DNA of 41,461 nt from a virus (lineage: Duplodnaviria; Caudoviricetes). Of this stretch, positions 36,363 to 41,461 are shown one piece after another (position 1 is the stretch's first letter; each line of letters begins with the position of its first letter). The DNA lies in the IMG/VR virus record IMGVR_UViG_3300006893_000274, positions 1 through 41,461 of that record. One strand, 5' to 3'. The position numbers and the translations under genes are program-made. The notes under the pieces are model-generated. The model did not search any database. It worked only from the letters and a program-made list of their open reading frames with translations, and had not been told where the DNA came from.

Positions 36363-36764
36363 CTACTTCACGGCTGTGACCGTGACGCGCTCCCAGTTCT
36401 TCAGGTCGTGGGGCGCCTTGTCGTGCCACTTCACGACCCGCGTACTGCCGGGCACCTTGTAGCGGTAGAAGTCCGGGACGAACGGCTTCGGGTAGTCGTT
36501 GAAGCCGATGGTTCCCGCATCGCCGAACGGCTTGGAGAAGGTGGGCGCTTCGCGCTTCAGAAGCTTGTACGCCTCGGCGTACTGGAAGAAGTAGCCCACG
36601 CTCTCCAGCGCGGACCGCATCCCCTCCATGTGCTTGCGCGGGGAGTTGTCGGAGCCGTTGACGCGGCACAGGATTGCCGTCAGCGTGTCCGCCTCGTCAT
36701 GCGACAGGGTGAGCGTCACGCCGCCCTTACCGTCGATGCTGTAACGCTTCTCTGCCTTAGCCAT
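36363..36764 (-). CDS. Hypothetical protein
   Basis: Co-oriented with RBS. Confidence 0.65.
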   Translation of the reverse strand: MAKAEKRYSIDGKGGVTLTLSHDEADTLTAILCRVNGSDNSPRKHMEGMRSALESVGYFFQYAEAYKLLKREAPTFSKPFGDAGTIGFNDYPKPFVPDFYRYKVPGSTRVVKWHDKAPHDLKNWERVTVTAVK

Positions 36765-36766
36765 GG

Positions 36767-37162
36767 TTAGTGACTCCCCTCTTCGGCCTTACGCCGGTAG
36801 AACTTCACGTCTTCTTCCAGCTCTGCGACGTAGCGCAGCAACTCGAAGAACTTGGACATGGGCATGAGCCACGCGCCCTCGCGCATGTGCTTGCCCGTGA
36901 GCTTTAAAGCAAGCCCGTACCATCGGGTCCGGCCGTTCTCGGCCTGTTCCTTCGCATCCCTCAGCCATTCCGGAATGCTGTAGCGGGCAACGCTCTTGAC
37001 TTGGATCGTCCAGTCAGGCACCCCCGCAATGTCTCCCCGATCCTTGGATCCGTAACGGCTCCCGTTACGCTCCGCCAAGGGGAAACCGCCCTCGTGCGCG
37101 GCTTCGACGAATTCTGTTTCACCCCGATACCCCTTCGCCTTAGAGGCCCGCCCGTTAGTCAT
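36767..37162 (-). CDS. Holliday junction resolvase (Hjc-like PD-(D/E)xK)
   Basis: SKAKG..GE, DRGDI and IQVK motifs. Confidence 0.75.
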   Translation of the reverse strand: MTNGRASKAKGYRGETEFVEAAHEGGFPLAERNGSRYGSKDRGDIAGVPDWTIQVKSVARYSIPEWLRDAKEQAENGRTRWYGLALKLTGKHMREGAWLMPMSKFFELLRYVAELEEDVKFYRRKAEEGSH

Positions 37163-37222
37163 CCGGAAGCAACCCCACGAACCACCACGCGAACAGGAAG
37201 GCGCAGAGCACTTCAACTGCGG

Positions 37223-37435
37223 TCACTCGGCCACGTCCTTCCAGTCGATCACGGCTTCCTGGACCTTGCCGGTAACCTCGCGGTTCCGGTTGTAGTACCA
37301 GTTCTTTTCGGTCGTGATCTGACCCTTAGCCGTCGCTTCCCTCGTGTACGGCCCGCGATGGGACGTGATGCCATCAATCGTGATGACGGCCCGGTAGAGC
37401 TTGCCGGACTCGTCCGGGCTAATGCACCGTGCCAT
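37223..37435 (-). CDS. Hypothetical protein (70 aa)
   Basis: GGGAGG RBS; YRAVI...GPY.....AKG pattern seen in actinophage small proteins. Confidence 0.65.
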   Translation of the reverse strand: MARCISPDESGKLYRAVITIDGITSHRGPYTREATAKGQITTEKNWYYNRNREVTGKVQEAVIDWKDVAE

Positions 37436-37528
37436 TTCAGAACCTCCCGTCAAACCACAGGGCCGACCCGCCCCCCTGCAAGCGGATCGACCCTGCAACA
37501 TCTATTCGGTTAGCGCCCTACGGGCGTG

Positions 37529-37810
37529 TCAGAGTTCGTCGTCCCCCGGCTCGTCGTCCAGCTCGTCCGCCGCGCCCAGCGTGGACGCCAAGTCCTTCAG
37601 CGCGCCCAACGTGGTGAACTCCCGGATCCTCTTGGCGTGATCCGCCAGGCCCCGGAGGCTCAGGAAGCCGGTCACGGTGCGAACCTCGCCCGTCTCCGCG
37701 TCCTTGCCGGTCATCGACACGGCGTAGGACCCCCGGCCCTCACGGGCGAACTCCAGCGTCCCGCCCTCGGCGTTGGCCTCGATCTCGTTCACGGTCGCAG
37801 TCTCAGTCAT
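37529..37810 (-). CDS. Hypothetical protein
   Basis: ATGA overlap with the helicase stop. Confidence 0.65.
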   Translation of the reverse strand: MTETATVNEIEANAEGGTLEFAREGRGSYAVSMTGKDAETGEVRTVTGFLSLRGLADHAKRIREFTTLGALKDLASTLGAADELDDEPGDDEL

Positions 37811-38604
37811 CCGCGTACTCCCATCCGCTCAAGGTCCACGTCCACCGTCAGGAACCAATATCCGGACGGGTCACTCTTCCCGGTGCGGTTCTTCACCGGG
37901 CTAATACCTAGGCGCCGGACACCTGTCTCCGAATCACCCTCGATACGGTGAAGAGTCAGGATCAATTCCGGAACCTTGCTCACCTTGCCTCGGAGACCAG
38001 ACAACGGAACCGGCTTGGTCCCGTCGTCATACTCACCCGTGACGTGGTGAAGCAGCACGACAGCCGCGCCCGTATCACGGGCTAACTGGTGTAGAAAGTC
38101 GAAGCTGTATTCGAGCGACGGGTTACCACCCTCGCCCGACTCGTTATCGACGTTCGTCACGTTGTCGATGACGACCAGCGCAGGAAACTCCCCATACACC
38201 ATTTCGAACGCCTTCAAGTTGCCTTCAAGGTGTGTCAGGGACGGGCTAGCCTCGAAGTCCATTCGGACGTGCACAACCTTGTCCAGCTGTGCGTTAATCG
38301 TCTCGGTCAAGCCCTGTTGCTTGGCTTGCTCGATGTCCTGGACGCGCCATTGGGTCACCATCGCGGCGGCCCGATTCGTCATCGTGTCCTGGTCAGTGTC
38401 CGCACTGAAATAGAGAGCCGGAACGCCCGCCTTCACGGCCAGAGTCAATGAGATGAGGCTCTTGCCGACGCCAGGCGCGGCAGCGATCAGCGTCAACTGT
38501 CCGCGTCGCACGTGAACGCCCTCACGGGCGAGGCAGTGAAACACCGTTGGCAACGGCTCACCCGCCGTTCCCTTAGCCCGCATCGCGCGAGACAGTGTGA
38601 ACAC
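37807..38604 (-). CDS. DnaB-like replicative helicase (RecA-fold ATPase domain)
   Basis: Walker A AAPGVGKS, YFSAD, Walker B VVIDN, LHH and VKNRTG motifs. Confidence 0.88.
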   Translation of the reverse strand: MFTLSRAMRAKGTAGEPLPTVFHCLAREGVHVRRGQLTLIAAAPGVGKSLISLTLAVKAGVPALYFSADTDQDTMTNRAAAMVTQWRVQDIEQAKQQGLTETINAQLDKVVHVRMDFEASPSLTHLEGNLKAFEMVYGEFPALVVIDNVTNVDNESGEGGNPSLEYSFDFLHQLARDTGAAVVLLHHVTGEYDDGTKPVPLSGLRGKVSKVPELILTLHRIEGDSETGVRRLGISPVKNRTGKSDPSGYWFLTVDVDLERMGVRG

Positions 38605-38711
38605 CCAACCCCCTTTCTCGACTTAGAAGGATCAGCCGGAAGCCCCTCGTCATCTTCCGGCCGACCCACTTCTAAAGCGTATCCTATAGCGGCATGAAGA
38701 CAACAGGTTTT

Positions 38712-39188
38712 TTAGCGGCGGGGGTATTCCGGCGGGCACTGGTTCTGACGGTCGGGCGAACTGCACATCCACCCGCCGTAGGGCTTGCCCTGGCGGGAGA
38801 CGCCCGCCTTCCAGAACTTCCCGCCGTGCGGGCACGGCCTCACCTCGGGCTCCCCCGGCGGGAGCTGCGGGACGTTCTGAGCCTGGCCGTTGTAGCCGCC
38901 CTGCGGCTGGCCGTACTGCTGCCCGTAGGCGCCCTGCGGCGCCCCGTAAGACTGCTGAGGCGGCGCGGCCTGGTAGCCCGGAGTCGGCTCGGAGCCGACC
39001 GGAACGGCGCCGAGATGCTGACCCAACAGCGCACGGGTACGGATGGCCTCAGTGCCTCGGCCCGCCGCTTCGTACACGCCAGCGTCAACGGCCGCATCCA
39101 TCATGGCGACCAATTCCTTCGGTTCGGCCGCGTGGAACACGACCCACGGTTCGCCGGTCGGCTTGACCGTGACGACGACTTCACCCAT
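38712..39188 (-). CDS. Hypothetical protein with Gln/Gly/Pro linker and C-terminal Cys/His motif
   Basis: CPHG...KAGVS..GKPY..W.C.....QC; sits between nuclease and helicase, as in cluster A actinophages. Confidence 0.7.
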   Translation of the reverse strand: MGEVVVTVKPTGEPWVVFHAAEPKELVAMMDAAVDAGVYEAAGRGTEAIRTRALLGQHLGAVPVGSEPTPGYQAAPPQQSYGAPQGAYGQQYGQPQGGYNGQAQNVPQLPPGEPEVRPCPHGGKFWKAGVSRQGKPYGGWMCSSPDRQNQCPPEYPRR

Positions 39189-39192
39189 TGAG

Positions 39193-39999
39193 TTACCTCC
39201 CAGGTTGATACTGGGCGCGACGCGGCCCCACCGCGTCACACCATTGATAAACGGAGCACACCCGGCACGAATCGCCAGGCGAAGCCAGGTAGACACCGGC
39301 CGACTCGGCACGGTCCATGTCGTAGAACCAGCGCGTCACGCGCTCCCGCGTGAACTCCGCCAGGTCGTAGGCGGTCGTCGGGCCGCCGTTCTTGAACATG
39401 TAGAAGTCCCCGTGCGTCGGCCGGACCCCGTACGCGTCCTCTACCGCCAGGGCGTACACGCCGAGCTGTAGCGGCGTGCTGGGAAGCTTGGTTCCGGTCT
39501 TCAAGTCCCGGACGAGTAGGCGCCCCTCGGCGTCTTCAAGCACCTGGTCTATGAAGCCCTTCACCAGGACTTCCCCTAGCTGAAGCTCGAACGGAAGCTC
39601 AACCGCCAGGTAGTCCGGCATGACCTCCCAGACCGTGAACGGGCTCCCCGGCATGGCCGCGATGTAGTCGCGGACCTGTTCCCTCCCGACGCCTTCCCGC
39701 CGAGCGATATCGACGGAACCCTTCGTCTTCACGTTGCCCGTGAGCCAGCGGTCCGGATCCGGCTCGGTCTCCATGAGGGCAGCAATGCCCTCCTCGTACT
39801 TCTCTTCGAAGACCTTCAGGGCCTCGTCGGCCGTGAGAGCCCGATAGGACAGCTCGTAAGCCTCGATCGCGGCATGTACCGCCGTGCCTTGCACGAACCA
39901 CGCCGCGGGTGTCTGAGGGGCCTTAGCGACCCGCTCTAGCCGGTACTGCTCCCCGCACTGCACGTACGTCGTGAACTGGCTAACCGACCGATGACCCAT
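39193..39999 (-). CDS. RecB/Cas4-like PD-(D/E)xK exonuclease
   Basis: SVSQ...Y..C, GTAVH, GFIDQV...DLKTG, QL.VY and C..C.....C motifs. Confidence 0.9.
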   Translation of the reverse strand: MGHRSVSQFTTYVQCGEQYRLERVAKAPQTPAAWFVQGTAVHAAIEAYELSYRALTADEALKVFEEKYEEGIAALMETEPDPDRWLTGNVKTKGSVDIARREGVGREQVRDYIAAMPGSPFTVWEVMPDYLAVELPFELQLGEVLVKGFIDQVLEDAEGRLLVRDLKTGTKLPSTPLQLGVYALAVEDAYGVRPTHGDFYMFKNGGPTTAYDLAEFTRERVTRWFYDMDRAESAGVYLASPGDSCRVCSVYQWCDAVGPRRAQYQPGR

Positions 40000-40048
40000 C
40001 CATCCCCCTTTCCCGTTACTCTGCGCTCACGCCGGCCGTCACCTACCG

Positions 40049-40252
40049 TCATTTCGGCAGGTCCCGCATGGCGCGCTTCAGCGCCTTCCGCAGCTTGCGA
40101 ACGCCCACCCGACCCAGGTTCAGCGTCACGTGCTCGTCGCCCTCCCAAGCCGTCACCATGACGACCGGCTGATCTTTCGCGCGGTCGCGCGTCGCCTCTA
40201 TCTCGAACTCGTCGCCCCAGACGTCCTTTACAGTCGTCGTGAACAGACCAAC
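40049..40252 (-). pseudogene. Probable disrupted small gene
   Basis: After GGGAGG, the frame GLFTTTVKDVWGDEFE joins IEATRDRAKDQPVV...VRKLRKALKRAMRDLPK only if one extra base near 40200 is removed; no intact start-to-stop reading. Confidence 0.35.
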
Positions 40253-40337
40253 CGCCTCCCTTGCAAAGCGTGTCCTATAAGAGCAAAAAGAAGACGGCCC
40301 GAGGGCCGCCTTCCAAATGCCTAGCGTTCAGTTATCG

Positions 40338-40673
40338 CTACGGGCGCAGCACTCCGTAGAAGTGCATCCGACTCGTGGTCGGGCCGCTGGCTGTCCACAT
40401 GTCCACCGCGTCAAACGCCACGTCCGCCAGGCTATCCAAGTGATTCGCCTCGGCTTCAGTCAGCGGCTTGCCCCCGTAGACCATGGCCCAAATCGTCCCT
40501 CGCTCGTACTCCGTCAAGACTACTGTCAGCCCGTCCGTCCGCCAACCGATTTCCACCAACCGGAACTTGCCGTACCGGCCGCACATACACCCCTTGTGCG
40601 GACTCCATGCGCAGTCTTCCGGCCCGTTGCACTGCCCGTGCTCGGTTGCGGCAGCTCCCCCAGGAGAGTCCAA
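40338..40673 (-). CDS. Hypothetical protein
   Basis: AAGGAGG RBS; followed by a terminator-like hairpin at 40285-40313. Confidence 0.6.
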   Translation of the reverse strand: MDSPGGAAATEHGQCNGPEDCAWSPHKGCMCGRYGKFRLVEIGWRTDGLTVVLTEYERGTIWAMVYGGKPLTEAEANHLDSLADVAFDAVDMWTASGPTTSRMHFYGVLRP

Positions 40674-40954
40674 CGCAACACCTCCTTACCGACGACCGTT
40701 CACTGTTTCCGTGCGGGTGCAGTCTCGCGAATGACTATGGTTCCCCCGTGTGGCGGGCCACGCTTAAGAGCTCGTGTGAACGGTCCCACCAAGCGTGCAT
40801 CGACACTAGTAGAACCATCAACCTGTGCGCAACCCTTGCCCCACAGTAACCACCCGCCACTCCGCAGATGTGTAACCAAGGGTGACCTTAAGAAAATTCA
40901 TGCACCAAAAGCGGCTACTTAGGCAACCCTTCTAAGTGCTGGTCAAGCAAAGCA

Positions 40955-40987
40955 ATAGGCGCCCGGCGGAGTCCGCCGGGCGCCTAT
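40955..40987 (-). terminator. Terminator after the repressor gene
   Basis: Perfect inverted repeat ATAGGCGCCCGGCGGA-G-TCCGCCGGGCGCCTAT followed by TGCTTTG on the minus strand. Confidence 0.7.
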
Positions 40988-41011
40988 CACCCTCCCCAAA
41001 GGCACAGATAG

Positions 41012-41461
41012 TTACGCCGGATCGTAGGCCGTGATCCTCCCCGGCTCCATGCCCTCGGGACGCTTTACGTAGTACCACCCGCCGTGCGTCGGTGACGCCG
41101 GGTTGGCCTCATGGTCGGGGTCGTAGGCCACGACGTAATCCGACTCCTCCAGCATGGCCAACCAGTTGTTCAGACTGACCTCTTCGGCTTCCCGCAGCGG
41201 ACGAACCCCCAGTTCCCCGGCGCGCTCACGCCGGGAAAGCTCTCTCAGATGGCGCGCTGCGGGCGCGTGCCAGTGATCGGGCAGAAGACCAGCAGGCATG
41301 TACCCGGAAGCCTCAGAGCGGGCTTCACCACCGGCACGATAGACAGCCCTGCCGACAGCGGCCTTGCCAGTGTCGTACATGGCCGCGATCGCCGAATAGC
41401 TCAGACCACCTTCATACATCGCCTTGACCTCATGGTCCGGCGGAAGCTTACGAGTAGGCAT
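41012..41461 (-). CDS. Immunity repressor, L5 gp71-like
   Basis: N-terminal HTH (GLSYSAIAAMYDTGKAAV); C-terminal L..WL.ML...D.V..YDP........GG..YV.R pattern matches what I recall of cluster A repressors. Confidence 0.75.
   Translation of the reverse strand: MPTRKLPPDHEVKAMYEGGLSYSAIAAMYDTGKAAVGRAVYRAGGEARSEASGYMPAGLLPDHWHAPAARHLRELSRRERAGELGVRPLREAEEVSLNNWLAMLEESDYVVAYDPDHEANPASPTHGGWYYVKRPEGMEPGRITAYDPA

Larger units (their letters stand above)
1..41461. mobile_element. Temperate actinobacterial siphovirus / prophage
   Basis: Full head, tail, lysis, integration, replication and immunity gene set; att sites are not visible in the window. Confidence 0.95.

Noticed and set aside
39193-39999. 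Cas4 as evidence of a CRISPR system
   Set aside because: No repeat-spacer array or other cas genes seen; solo RecB/Cas4-like nucleases are normal in actinophage replication arms.
1-41461. attL/attR direct repeats
   Set aside because: The window ends inside int and at the repressor start codon, so att sites would lie outside it; no terminal repeat seen.

Overview
The window is an apparently near-complete (~41.5 kb) high-GC temperate siphovirus/prophage of an actinomycete; gene content suggests a Streptomycetaceae-like host (inference). Left half, almost all minus strand: tyrosine integrase (runs off the left edge and is missing from the ORF track), excisionase, lysis cassette, tail, HK97-type head genes, terminase, HNH endonuclease and a tRNA-like RNA with an abnormal anticodon arm. 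A non-coding gap with a probable cos region follows, then small rightward early genes, Lsr2, DUF2637-like and SprT-like genes. The right end is a leftward replication/immunity arm resembling mycobacteriophage cluster A (sigma-like protein, metallophosphoesterase, split primase, Holliday junction resolvase, DnaB-like helicase, PD-(D/E)xK nuclease, L5 gp71-like repressor). The main find is a cargo island at 27.8-32.8 kb: a DUF6879 / XRE-DUF5753 regulatory module followed by a radical SAM/SPASM enzyme with a probable RRE, a 62-aa precursor-like peptide ending TACSCTASSDQVYNN, and an APH-like kinase. This looks like a phage-borne RiPP system that I cannot assign to a known class. Other finds: four promoters with identical architecture (TTGACw-N18-[-10]-N7-GTCAGCAAGG), a stoperator-like repeat, a dispersed 38-bp quasi-palindrome whose inverted copies bracket the accessory region, and a RepL-like insert between the terminase genes. 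All family calls come from motif recognition by eye, not from database searches.
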